In this document: positions 31,105 through 40,381 of the stretch, one piece after another
Layout: each line of letters opens with the position of its first letter
Numbering within the stretch: position 1 is the first letter of the stretch
NCBI GenBank assembly: GCA_963662545.2
Contig: CAXXLL010000002.1
Span: forward strand, 352,001 to 416,000
Direction of reading: 5' to 3'
DNA length: 64,000 nucleotides
DNA from: Gammaproteobacteria bacterium
Lineage (GTDB): Bacteria; Pseudomonadota; Gammaproteobacteria; Ga0077536
Translations under genes and position numbers: made by a program
The notes under the pieces: model-generated
Told to the model about the DNA's origin: nothing
Databases searched by the model: none
Seen by the model: only the letters and a program-made list of their open reading frames with translations

Positions 31105-31745
31105 ACAAGGCCAAGCGTGAAGAATTCTTCCGCCGTCTCAAAGCGCAAGATCCCGCGCCTCGAACGGAGCTCGAATACGATTCCGATTTCCAGCTCCTGA
31201 TCGCCGTGATTCTTTCCGCGCAGGCGACCGACATCAGCGTCAATAAGGCAACACCCGCGCTCTTCGCGGCTTCACCGGATGCCGCGTCCATGTTGAGCCT
31301 GGGCGACGAGGGCTTGAAGACGTATATCCGGTCGATCGGGCTGTTCAACTCGAAAGCCAGGAACATCATCAAGACCTGCGCCATTCTCGTCGACCGCCAT
31401 GGCGGATCCGTGCCGCGCGAACGCAGGGAACTGGAAGCACTTCCCGGCGTTGGCCGAAAGACGGCAAACGTAGTATTGAACACCGCCTTCGGAGAGCCCG
31501 CGATCGCGGTAGATACCCACATTTTTCGCGTCGCCAACCGCACGCGGCTGGCGCCGGGGAAAACGCCGTTGGCGGTCGAGAAATCACTGCTTAAATCGGT
31601 GCCGAAGCCGTATCTCCTAAACGCGCATCACTGGTTGATTCTGCACGGCCGGTACACGTGTTCGGCTCGTAGCCCACGGTGCGGCGAGTGTTCGTTATTC
31701 GATATCTGTGAATGGCGGGAAAAAGACCGGTATGCTTGTGCCTGA
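31101..31745 (+). CDS. nth: Endonuclease III
   Basis: LSAQATD, LPGVGRKTANVV, VDTH, C-x6-C-x2-C-x5-C. Confidence 0.96.
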   Translation: MNKAKREEFFRRLKAQDPAPRTELEYDSDFQLLIAVILSAQATDISVNKATPALFAASPDAASMLSLGDEGLKTYIRSIGLFNSKARNIIKTCAILVDRHGGSVPRERRELEALPGVGRKTANVVLNTAFGEPAIAVDTHIFRVANRTRLAPGKTPLAVEKSLLKSVPKPYLLNAHHWLILHGRYTCSARSPRCGECSLFDICEWREKDRYACA

Positions 31746-31768
31746 CGGCGTGGATGAGCCCCTAAGCT

Positions 31769-32200
31769 ATGTTCGTTGAGACGCGTGACGAATCGCGGCG
31801 ATTTTTCTTTCACGTTTGGCAGAAAATGTCCGAAAAGCGGCAACTCGAGCCCCTGGAAACGCTCGTTGCGCAGGTCATTAAAGAGCACGCGGAGTACCAC
31901 GCCATACTGTCAGTTCCCGATCAGGCTCTGGACCGCGATTACACCCCTGAAGAAGGCGGAACCAATCCATTTCTTCATATGGGGCTGCACGTTGCCGTGC
32001 AAGAGCAATTGCAATCCGACCGGCCGCTGGGAATCATCGAACTTTACCACCGCCTGCGCTCGAGCCTGAACGATGACGTACACCGCACTGAGCACATGAT
32101 AATGGAGTGTCTGGCTGAAGCCTTGTGGCAGGCCGGCCGTTCAGCGGCCGTGTCGAACGAGCGTGATTATCTCGACTGCGTACGGAAGCATATCGCGTGA
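31769..32200 (+). CDS. DUF1841-like protein
   Basis: RRFFF..WQK, H.EYH, NPFLHMGLH...EQ...DRP.GI; typical position after nth. Confidence 0.8.
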   Translation: MFVETRDESRRFFFHVWQKMSEKRQLEPLETLVAQVIKEHAEYHAILSVPDQALDRDYTPEEGGTNPFLHMGLHVAVQEQLQSDRPLGIIELYHRLRSSLNDDVHRTEHMIMECLAEALWQAGRSAAVSNERDYLDCVRKHIA

Positions 32201-33462
32201 CAGAACTTGATCTACAGGCCCTGGAGCCGGGCAGGCTGGACGAGGCTGCCGTATTTCTGGCTGAACTCACGCATGATTTTGCGAGTTCGCTGGACATCGA
32301 CGAAACGCTCAAGCACGCCATTGATCGTTTCATGGTTTATCTCAACGCAGAAGCCGCTTCGATTTTTCTACTCGAAGAGGACGATTCGGCGCTGGTTTGC
32401 AGGGAGTGTGCGGGCCCGGTCAATATCAAGGGGCTGCGCCTCGATCCGGATCAGGGAATCGTCGGGCAAACGGTACAGCACAACGAATCGAAGATCGTAC
32501 GCGACGTTTCGACGAACCCGAGTTTTGCCGCCGCAGTCGATGAAGACACTGGATTCGCGACGCGATCGATCCTGTGCGCGCCGCTCTCCGTTCGGGGCAA
32601 ATGCATCGGTGTACTCGAATTGCTCAACAAGCGCAGTAAGGACGGGCTGTTCGATTTGAACGATATGCAGTTGGCGACGACGGTAGCGTCGGCCGCCGCT
32701 CTGGCGATACATAATGCGCGCATGGCCGCTGAATTGGTCGAGCAGGAGCGGGTGCGCAAGGAACTCGAACTGGCACGTCAGATCCAGGAAAGTCTGTTGC
32801 CTGACAACCAGGTGGGGGACTTCCCCGTACATGGCTTAAATATTCCGGCCCGCGAGGTATCAGGCGATTTCTTCGACTTCATGCGCCTTGACGATGGCCG
32901 GGTGTATTTCACCTTGGCCGATGTTTCCGGCAAGGGGATGAATGCGGCCTTGCTTATGGCGAAGACGACCAGCCTGCTGCGCTGCCTGGCGAAGACCGCC
33001 CCCGACCCAGGCGTACTGCTTCGCAAGGTCAATGACGAAATCTGTGAAACCGCGAGCATGGGAATGTTCGTCACCATTGTCGCCGGGTACTTGAGCGCTG
33101 ACGGTCAGAGCGTCGAAATCGCGAACGGCGGGCACCAACCGGCCCTGGTGCGACGGCGCGACGGTAGCTTCGAGGAGATTGCGGCAGAAGCACCGCCGCT
33201 TGGCGTGCTGCCCAACGTTGAGTTTCCCTCCCGTGAGGTTCGGCTCGGGAACGATTCCATGTATCTCTATACCGATGGAATCAGTGAAAGCGAAGGACCC
33301 GACGGGACTCAGCTCGATTCGGAAGGCTTGAAACTAATGCTAGAATCGAGTGCCTGCACGCAGGCGAGCGAGCGGCTTCCCGCAATCATCGAAGCGTGGC
33401 GGCGGGCTGGGCACGAAACACATGATGACATAACGCTATTGCTCGTGGAGCTAGCGCAGTGA
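32197..33462 (+). CDS. GAF + SpoIIE (PP2C-type) phosphatase, RsbU-like
   Basis: GAF (TRSILCAPL...GVLELLNK), coiled coil, VSGDFFD, ADVSGKG, ANGGH, YTDGISE, HDDIT. Confidence 0.92.
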   Translation: MTELDLQALEPGRLDEAAVFLAELTHDFASSLDIDETLKHAIDRFMVYLNAEAASIFLLEEDDSALVCRECAGPVNIKGLRLDPDQGIVGQTVQHNESKIVRDVSTNPSFAAAVDEDTGFATRSILCAPLSVRGKCIGVLELLNKRSKDGLFDLNDMQLATTVASAAALAIHNARMAAELVEQERVRKELELARQIQESLLPDNQVGDFPVHGLNIPAREVSGDFFDFMRLDDGRVYFTLADVSGKGMNAALLMAKTTSLLRCLAKTAPDPGVLLRKVNDEICETASMGMFVTIVAGYLSADGQSVEIANGGHQPALVRRRDGSFEEIAAEAPPLGVLPNVEFPSREVRLGNDSMYLYTDGISESEGPDGTQLDSEGLKLMLESSACTQASERLPAIIEAWRRAGHETHDDITLLLVELAQ

Positions 33463-33485
33463 GAGACAATACCGCTGCCTTGTGG

Positions 33486-33663
33486 TTAGCCCGGGCATCC
33501 TGCCCTCCGCCCTTGCAGGGCCAGCGTCGCTTCGCTCCCCTGTTCAAATTTGCTCCAGGCAAATTTGTGTCAACTACGCCGTCGCCGTCTTCCGCTCCGT
33601 GCGCCCCGTCACAGCGGCGCCTCAACGTCCTCGCGACGGACCGTGGTGAGAAATCCGGGCTGG
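33486..33663. repeat. Composite insert: cccgg...ccggg-bounded element containing a family-E repeat (33493-33568)
   Basis: ttag-cccgg ... gagaaatccggg-ctgg; internal gggc-atcct-gccc and caaatttgc-tccag-gcaaatttg hairpins. Confidence 0.5.
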
Positions 33664-33715
33664 CGTTTTCAACCAGAGCGTCGGCTCGTTCGGCCCAGCA
33701 CCTGGGCTTACGCCA

Positions 33716-34135
33716 ATGACCGGGCCCAAGCGTTTACTCGAACTCCGCTTTACGTCAGATCCCAAGCGTCTGAAAATGGTACGGGATCAGGTTCAGCAGG
33801 CAGCGGGGCAACTCGAGTGTACCAAGAAGCTCGTATCGGACCTGATTATTGCAGTCAACGAAGCGTGTATGAATATCATGGAGCACGCGTATAACGGCGA
33901 CCGCTCTGGTGAAATCGTCCTGGAGATCAATGATAATGGGGAAGAGGTCGAGGTCGTGCTCACGGATTTTGCAGAACCGGTCGATTTCGAAAATATACAA
34001 CACCGAGATTTGGACGATGTTCGCCCCGGAGGGCTCGGAACGTTCTTCATCAGGGAGCTCATGGATGAATGCGCCTACGCTCATTTGCAGGGGCACAGCG
34101 GGAACGTCCTCAGAATGACCAAGCGGCTCGGGTAG
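33716..34135 (+). CDS. Anti-sigma-factor-type Ser kinase (RsbW/SpoIIAB-like HATPase_c)
   Basis: IAVNEACMNIMEHAY (N box), RPGGLGTFFIRELMD, GNVLRMTK. Confidence 0.92.
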   Translation: MTGPKRLLELRFTSDPKRLKMVRDQVQQAAGQLECTKKLVSDLIIAVNEACMNIMEHAYNGDRSGEIVLEINDNGEEVEVVLTDFAEPVDFENIQHRDLDDVRPGGLGTFFIRELMDECAYAHLQGHSGNVLRMTKRLG

Positions 34136-34205
34136 TAATCCGGCGAGCACGGAAACGAACAAGAGTCGCAAAAAACTCAAATATTTCCAATAAGGACTTT
34201 CCCGG

Positions 34206-34538
34206 ATGGCTTACCAAGTCAAAGCAGAAAGCGGTTACGACGTGGTGTTGCTGAACGGCGATGTGGATTTATCCTGCTCGCCGGAAGCGCGCAAGGCGAT
34301 ATTGTCCTGCCTCGGGGACGGGCACCATACCCTGGTCGATCTTAGCGCAGTCAGTTATATCGACAGCTCTGGAGTAGCAAGCCTGGTCGAAGGGTTTCAA
34401 ACAGCGAAAAAAAACAGCCTGCGATTCGGCTTGATTGGAGTCAGCGATGCCGCGATGAGCGTGCTAGAACTGGCGCGCCTCGACAAAGTGTTTCCAATAC
34501 ATGCGGATTTGAATGCGCGCCTAAAGGCGGATGGCTGA
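34206..34538 (+). CDS. STAS-domain anti-sigma antagonist (RsbV/SpoIIAA-like)
   Basis: GDVDL, VDLSAVSYIDSSGVASL with phospho-acceptor Ser motif, LARLDKVFPI. Confidence 0.92.
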   Translation: MAYQVKAESGYDVVLLNGDVDLSCSPEARKAILSCLGDGHHTLVDLSAVSYIDSSGVASLVEGFQTAKKNSLRFGLIGVSDAAMSVLELARLDKVFPIHADLNARLKADG

Positions 34539-35343
34539 ACCCCGGGAGGGCGCGCTTGTTCTCGCGCTCGAACGATTCGGCAAGGTTTGTGCCGACCTGA
34601 TTGAGGAGCTGGGTTACTACCTCGCGCTGACCGTCGAAAGCTTCTACTGGATCACCTGGGGAGCGATCAAGCGACAACCCGTCAGAATTTCGGCGATCGC
34701 CCACCAAATGGTCGATATCGGGATTTCCGGTCTGCCCATCATATTCATGGTGTCGTTTGCGATAGGGGTCATGCTTGCGATCCAGGGCATCCACACGCTC
34801 AAGCAGTTCGGCGCCGAAACTCAGGTCGTCTTAGGGATAGCCCTGTCCGTTACGCGGGAGTTTGGTCCGCTCATCACGGGCATCCTGGTCGCCGGTCGCT
34901 CTGGATCTGCGCTTGCCGCCCGCATCGGCACCATGACCGTCAACCAGGAAATCGATGCGCTACGCGTGATGGGAATCAATCCCGTACGATATCTGGTGGC
35001 ACCGGTCATGATTGCAATGTTGGTGATGATGCCCCTGGTTACGCTGTTTTCGGACTTCTCCGCCTTGTTCGGCGGTGCCATATTCTGCAAGCTCGAGCTC
35101 GGATTGAGCTATTCGGCGTACTGGGATCAGGTCACGGGCTTCATCACTGCCGATGATGTCGGTCAGGGACTCTGGAAAAGCGGCGTCTTCGCCGTGATCA
35201 TCGCGTTGGTCGGCGTGAGCAACGGTTTCATGGTGTCCGGAGGGGCGGAGGGCGTGGGTAAATTCACGACCCGGGCGGTGGTTCTGGCTATATCTTACAT
35301 CGTTCTGGGCGATATGGTGTTCACGTATTTTCTGAACCGCTGA
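34531..35343 (+). CDS. MlaE-family MCE ABC transporter permease
   Basis: REFGPLITGILVAGRSGSALAARIGTM.V.QEIDALRVMG, GAEGVGKFTTRAVV. Confidence 0.93.
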   Translation: MAEPREGALVLALERFGKVCADLIEELGYYLALTVESFYWITWGAIKRQPVRISAIAHQMVDIGISGLPIIFMVSFAIGVMLAIQGIHTLKQFGAETQVVLGIALSVTREFGPLITGILVAGRSGSALAARIGTMTVNQEIDALRVMGINPVRYLVAPVMIAMLVMMPLVTLFSDFSALFGGAIFCKLELGLSYSAYWDQVTGFITADDVGQGLWKSGVFAVIIALVGVSNGFMVSGGAEGVGKFTTRAVVLAISYIVLGDMVFTYFLNR

Positions 35344-36131
35344 TGCAATCTAATGCAATCGAAGTAAGGGATCTCGTCACTCATTACGGTGCGCGGCTCA
35401 TTCTCGATCAGGTCGATTTGGACGTAGCCCACGGTGAAATCATGGTCATCATGGGCGGTAGCGGATCGGGGAAAAGCACGCTTCTTCGCCACCTGCTCGG
35501 GCTGCATACACCAACCAGCGGAAGCATCAGGCTGCTTGGCCAGGACCTCAGCGAGATGAATGCCGATGAGATGCATGCGTTACGGACCAATATGGGTGTT
35601 TCATTTCAGGGCGGTGCGCTGCTCAGCTCCATGACGGTGGGTGAAAATGTCATGCTGCCTCTGCGCGAACACACCAAGCTCGACGAACAAACGATGAGCA
35701 TCATGTCTCGAATGAAGCTCGAGGTCGTGAGTCTCGGCGGATTTGGAGATCTGAAGCCGGCGCAGTTGTCCGGCGGCATGATTAAACGGGCGGCGCTTGC
35801 GCGGGCGATCGTCATGGATCCCAAACTGCTTTTCTTCGACGAGCCCTCGGCAGGGCTGGATCCCGTTGTTGCGGCCGAGCTCGACGACCTGATCTTGAAA
35901 CTTCGCGACAGCATGCAGATGACGATCGTCGTCGTCACCCATGAATTGGATAGCGCCTTCAAGATAGCCGATAAAATCACGGTATTGGATGCGGGGAAAA
36001 TCCTGTTGACTGGCACCGTCGATGCGGTCCGAAACTCCGATAATGCGCGTATACAAGCGCTCTTGAATCGCCGCCCGGGAGAAGAAGAAATCGATGCCGA
36101 TGCGTATCTGGAGCGGCTTACAGGGGGATGA
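35343..36131 (+). CDS. MlaF-family MCE ABC transporter ATPase
   Basis: GGSGSGKST, FQGGAL, LSGGMIKR, FFDEPSAGLDP, VTHE. Confidence 0.94.
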   Translation: MQSNAIEVRDLVTHYGARLILDQVDLDVAHGEIMVIMGGSGSGKSTLLRHLLGLHTPTSGSIRLLGQDLSEMNADEMHALRTNMGVSFQGGALLSSMTVGENVMLPLREHTKLDEQTMSIMSRMKLEVVSLGGFGDLKPAQLSGGMIKRAALARAIVMDPKLLFFDEPSAGLDPVVAAELDDLILKLRDSMQMTIVVVTHELDSAFKIADKITVLDAGKILLTGTVDAVRNSDNARIQALLNRRPGEEEIDADAYLERLTGG

Positions 36132-36158
36132 TCCTCCGCAACTCCGGCATTTGACGCA

Positions 36159-37169
36159 ATGAAAAAGGACAAGCTCAACTACCTACTCGTAGGCACTTTC
36201 GTCGCGGTGATGCTCGTGGCATTCCTGCTGCTGTTGTTTGCCCTCACGGGCCGCAGCGGCCCCACGGATCGCTACACTGTCTTTTACGATAACGTCTCCG
36301 GGCTTAAGTTTGGAACCAGCGTTTACTATGAAGGATATCGGGTTGGCCAGATTGAAGATCTGTCGCCCGACCCGACCGACAAGGGAATGCGGTATAAGAT
36401 CATTCTCAGTGTGAAATCCGGTTGGCGGATCCCGAGCGACAGCGTCGCCAGTGCCGCATCTTCCGGCCTTATTTCGGCTATCACGATCGAGATCGAACAA
36501 GGCGAAGCGTTGAGTTTTCTCAAACCGGGCGACACGATCAAGGGACGCGGTCAAGCGGATCTTTTTGCCGTTATCAATCAGGCCGCCACGGATTTTCGTT
36601 CCCTGTCCCGAGAAGGGATCATGCCTGTAATGAAAAATCTGAATACACGGATTACGGAGCTCGCTCAAGAAATAGTCGGTTTCCGACGCGATGATTTGAC
36701 GCCGTTCGTACAAATGATGCACAAGCGTCTGGATGAAGATCTAATCAGTGAGGCTGTTGATTTACTCGACCATCTCGATGAAAGCGCACAGGGATTGCAG
36801 ACGCTCCTCGGAAGCGAAAATCAGGAACGCGTAGAAATATTCCTGATCCATGTCGATGACGCTGCGGTAAACATGAATGAACTGATCAACCGGATTGAAA
36901 ATACGCGGCTGCAAATGAATGGCGTTCTCGGCTCCCTCGAAAATGTCGTTGAGAAAAATCGAAGCGGGCTGTCGAATACGGTGTCGTCCGCGGAGACCTC
37001 GATGAAAGAAGTGGAACTCGCCGTGCAGACGTTCAACCAGCACCTCAGTGTGATTCTTTACAATATCGAGAGCGGAAGCCGTCACATGAGCGAGTTCGCG
37101 CGTTCAATTCGAGAGAACCCCTCGCGATTGATCCGCAAGTCGAGCGTGACGGAGCCCGGTTCGCCGTGA
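36159..37169 (+). CDS. MCE-domain (MlaD-like) protein with long helical extension
   Basis: N-terminal TM, VSGL..G..V.YEG..VG, ~200-aa helical region ending ENPSRLI. Confidence 0.9.
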   Translation: MKKDKLNYLLVGTFVAVMLVAFLLLLFALTGRSGPTDRYTVFYDNVSGLKFGTSVYYEGYRVGQIEDLSPDPTDKGMRYKIILSVKSGWRIPSDSVASAASSGLISAITIEIEQGEALSFLKPGDTIKGRGQADLFAVINQAATDFRSLSREGIMPVMKNLNTRITELAQEIVGFRRDDLTPFVQMMHKRLDEDLISEAVDLLDHLDESAQGLQTLLGSENQERVEIFLIHVDDAAVNMNELINRIENTRLQMNGVLGSLENVVEKNRSGLSNTVSSAETSMKEVELAVQTFNQHLSVILYNIESGSRHMSEFARSIRENPSRLIRKSSVTEPGSP

Positions 37170-37768
37170 GATTAGTTCGCGGCCCTCTCATCGCACTGAT
37201 ATTGCTGATCACCGCGGGCTGCGGGTCCTTGTCGCCTCCACCGAAAGATACTTTTTACCGACTGGACTTCGGGTTGCCGGGACCGCAGGGCGAAAGTGCT
37301 GAAGCAAAAGACGTCATTTATCTACCACCTTTCTGGGCCAGTGGATTACACACTGAACGCGCACTGGTCTTTGCCCATGCTGACGGCACCTCGCTGGAAC
37401 AGCAGGTTTATCACTTCTGGATCGACAGCCCGCGGGTCATGCTGCAACATGCACTTGCGGATCACCTTCGCTCGGTGGTCGGCGCCCGCGTTGTCCTGGA
37501 ACCGGCGACGACAGCAGCGTATACGCTGCGTGGCAAAATACGACGGTTCGAACGTACCAACAGCGGCGGATCGAACTATGCGCAGGTGGACCTGAATATT
37601 GCGTTGTACGGATCAAACGGTTCGGTTCCCGAATTCGAGCGCGACTACATAAGCTCAATCCCGGTCGGCGGCCATTCTGTTGCCGCCGGCGTGGCGGCGC
37701 TGAGTGAGGGGACGAAACAGATATTCACGACATTTACCGGGGATCTCCGCCGCTATTTAGAGCAGTGA
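37166..37768 (+). CDS. PqiC/ABC_trans_aux-like outer-membrane lipoprotein
   Basis: Lipobox ITAGC, FYRL, HFWIDSP..ML, LRG.IRRFE. Confidence 0.8.
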   Translation: MRLVRGPLIALILLITAGCGSLSPPPKDTFYRLDFGLPGPQGESAEAKDVIYLPPFWASGLHTERALVFAHADGTSLEQQVYHFWIDSPRVMLQHALADHLRSVVGARVVLEPATTAAYTLRGKIRRFERTNSGGSNYAQVDLNIALYGSNGSVPEFERDYISSIPVGGHSVAAGVAALSEGTKQIFTTFTGDLRRYLEQ

Positions 37769-37889
37769 TGCTCGCGCCGCCTGTTGAGGCGGCGAAACGG
37801 TTCGACGCCGGTAGACGCGGCAATGTATCAACGCGGAGTTGAGTCTTGAGACCGCTATCTATTATGCGGCACAAGCCGAGGGTAATACG

Positions 37890-40133
37890 GTGAAGGAAAT
37901 ATTCAGCAGGCTTATAGACAACTGGGCTCGGGTAGGACTGAGTTCGCTCGTGCTCCTAGCGTTTGTTGTGCATGCTGCCGGGTTCTTCAGGGTTGGCTTC
38001 ATCGACCAGATGGAAAACCTGGCCTACGACGCCCACCTCCGATTTACCATGCCCAGTACACTCGACGAGAGCGTCGTCATCGTGGATATCGATGAAGTCA
38101 GTCTGACTGCCGAAGGACGATGGCCGTGGCCACGCGACAAGCTCGCCCGGCTGGTCCAAAACCTGTTCGAGGAATACGAGGTCAGGCTCGTCGGTTTCGA
38201 TATCGTCTTTGCCGAAGCGGACGAAAGCTCAGGACTCAAGGTTCTCGAGGAACTCGCGAACAATGAATTGCTCGGTAACCAGGAATTTATCAGCCAGCTT
38301 CAAATCATTCGACCGGAACTGGATTATGACGGCATTTTTGCGGAGGCGATTCAAAAATACGATGTGATACTGGGGTACTACTTCAATATCGGCTCCAGCG
38401 AGTTCGACACGCCGCGCACGGGTTCACTGCCCGAACCGGTATTCGAAAAATCCGTTTTCCAGGGTAAAAACGTCAAGTTTTTGACAGCCACTGGTTATGG
38501 TGGAAACATCCAGGCGCTTTCTACCAGTTCTCTTGGCGCCGGGCATTTTACGCAGCAACCGGATCGGGACGGCGTCGTGCGCAGGGTACCGATGCTGGTG
38601 CGTTTCGATGATCAGTACTACGCGTCGTTGTCGCTCGAAGTGATACGACGCGTCCTGGATGAAGAAATGATACCAGGGTTCGAAATGCCGGCGTTCGGTA
38701 CGCGCGGATACCCATTCCTCGAGTCGTTGAAAGTAGGTAAGGTCAGCATACCGGTCGACCGCCACGTGAAAACGCTCGTCCCATTCCGTGGCGGCAAGGG
38801 GAGTTTCCCCTATGTTCCGGCAACCCAGGTCCTGCACGCGGTCGCCGATAAAAATATATTGAAGGATCGCATCGTTCTACTCGGTACGAGCGCGCCTGGC
38901 CTGCTCGACTTGCGCGCAACGCCTACGGAAGAAGCCTATCCAGGGGTCGAGGTCCACGCGAATCTGATCGCCGGCATACTCGGCGGCACGGTTATGGAAG
39001 CTCCGGAATACACCCTGGGTGCCGAGATCATCATGCTCGTCGTCGCCGGGGTAGGCATGGTTCTGGCCGGGACCTTGTTGAGTCCGCTGTTCACGACCCT
39101 GTACACCGGCGCCGGCATTATTCTCTACGTCGGATTCAATCACCTGGTATGGACCTCCGGCGGACTGGTATTGCCGGTGGCTTCAGGGATCCTAATGGTC
39201 CTGGCGATGTTCCTGCTGCACATGTCTTACGGCTACTTCGTGGAAACCCGTGGCAAACGCCAGATCACCGGGCTGTTCGGGCAATATATTCCGCCCGAAC
39301 TGGTCGACGAGATGGCCAAGGCGCCGACGGACTATTCCCACGCGGCGGAAAACCGTGAACTAACCGTCCTGTTCTCCGATGTGCGCGGCTTTACAACGCT
39401 TTCAGAAGGGCTGTCTCCGACCGATCTGTCGGACCTCATGAACCAGTTCCTGACACCCATGACGGGGGTAATTCACGATGCCCGAGGAACGATCGACAAG
39501 TACATGGGCGACGCGATCATGGCGTTCTGGGGTGCGCCTCTCGCCGATCCGGACCACCCGCGGCACGCGCTCGAAGCGGGGATTGCGATGCTCGAAAGCC
39601 TTGGCGACATCAACAAGGCCTTTCGCGAGCGCGGGTGGCCGGATATACGGATTGGCGTCGGTGTTAATACCGGGCCGATGATGGTCGGCGACATGGGGTC
39701 GGAATTTCGCATGGCTTATACCGTACTCGGTGACGCGGTGAATCTCGGGTCCCGGTTGGAAGGACTGACCAAGGAGTACGGCGTCGGTATTATCGTTGGC
39801 GAAACGACCAAGGCAGCGGTTCCCGAATATGCTTTCCGCGAACTCGACCGCGTGCGCGTCAAAGGCAAGGCCAAACCCGTGGCGATTTACGAACCGCTCT
39901 GCCGCAAGGAGGAAATCGACAAGGAACAGAAGAAGGAACTCAAGCTCTTAGCGGAAACGATAAAAATGTATCGCGCGCAGCAATGGGATATGGCTGAGCT
40001 CAATTTCGAAAATCTCCAGAGAATTTCGCGCTCACCGAACTTGTACAAGGCCTACGTTGAGCGCATCAAGATATTTCGCCAGGAGCCGCCGCCTAGCGAT
40101 TGGGACGGCGTATTCGATCACAAGACGAAATAA
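37890..40133 (+). CDS. CHASE2-domain class III adenylate cyclase
   Basis: CHASE2 (IVDIDEVSL...GRWPWPR, PGVEVHA), 3 TM, FSDVRGFT, DKYMGDA, YTVLGDAVNLGSRLE; K/T residues favour ATP; start uncertain (37839 or 37890). Confidence 0.92.
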   Translation: MKEIFSRLIDNWARVGLSSLVLLAFVVHAAGFFRVGFIDQMENLAYDAHLRFTMPSTLDESVVIVDIDEVSLTAEGRWPWPRDKLARLVQNLFEEYEVRLVGFDIVFAEADESSGLKVLEELANNELLGNQEFISQLQIIRPELDYDGIFAEAIQKYDVILGYYFNIGSSEFDTPRTGSLPEPVFEKSVFQGKNVKFLTATGYGGNIQALSTSSLGAGHFTQQPDRDGVVRRVPMLVRFDDQYYASLSLEVIRRVLDEEMIPGFEMPAFGTRGYPFLESLKVGKVSIPVDRHVKTLVPFRGGKGSFPYVPATQVLHAVADKNILKDRIVLLGTSAPGLLDLRATPTEEAYPGVEVHANLIAGILGGTVMEAPEYTLGAEIIMLVVAGVGMVLAGTLLSPLFTTLYTGAGIILYVGFNHLVWTSGGLVLPVASGILMVLAMFLLHMSYGYFVETRGKRQITGLFGQYIPPELVDEMAKAPTDYSHAAENRELTVLFSDVRGFTTLSEGLSPTDLSDLMNQFLTPMTGVIHDARGTIDKYMGDAIMAFWGAPLADPDHPRHALEAGIAMLESLGDINKAFRERGWPDIRIGVGVNTGPMMVGDMGSEFRMAYTVLGDAVNLGSRLEGLTKEYGVGIIVGETTKAAVPEYAFRELDRVRVKGKAKPVAIYEPLCRKEEIDKEQKKELKLLAETIKMYRAQQWDMAELNFENLQRISRSPNLYKAYVERIKIFRQEPPPSDWDGVFDHKTK

Positions 40134-40302
40134 TTAGCAGGCTGTTGAAAAACTCGTTTTTCGACAGCCTGTGCCCGGCACAAGGATGTGCCGGCATCAA
40201 TCGAGCACGCTATGTGCTTGATTGATGGAGCAAGACGGAAACCGCGTTTTCGTCTTGCGAGTTGAAAAACGATAGGGACATCGTTTTTCAACAACCTGTT
40301 AG
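40134..40302. mobile_element. MITE-like element family B (161 bp, 40138-40298)
   Basis: TTAG-caggctgttgaaaaa ... tttttcaacaacctg-TTAG; interior is a chain of hairpins. Confidence 0.8.
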
Positions 40303-40381
40303 GGAACCTTAGAATTGCGGCGGCGCGGATTTAACAGCGCAGCGCGGTATCAATATTCAAGAAAAACTTTGATACCTGTTG

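Noticed and set aside
33459-33719. 86-aa ORF overlapping both the rsbU-like stop and rsbW-like start
   Set aside because: Made largely of repeat-derived hairpin sequence with no protein-like features; probably spurious, though the overlaps could preserve translational coupling
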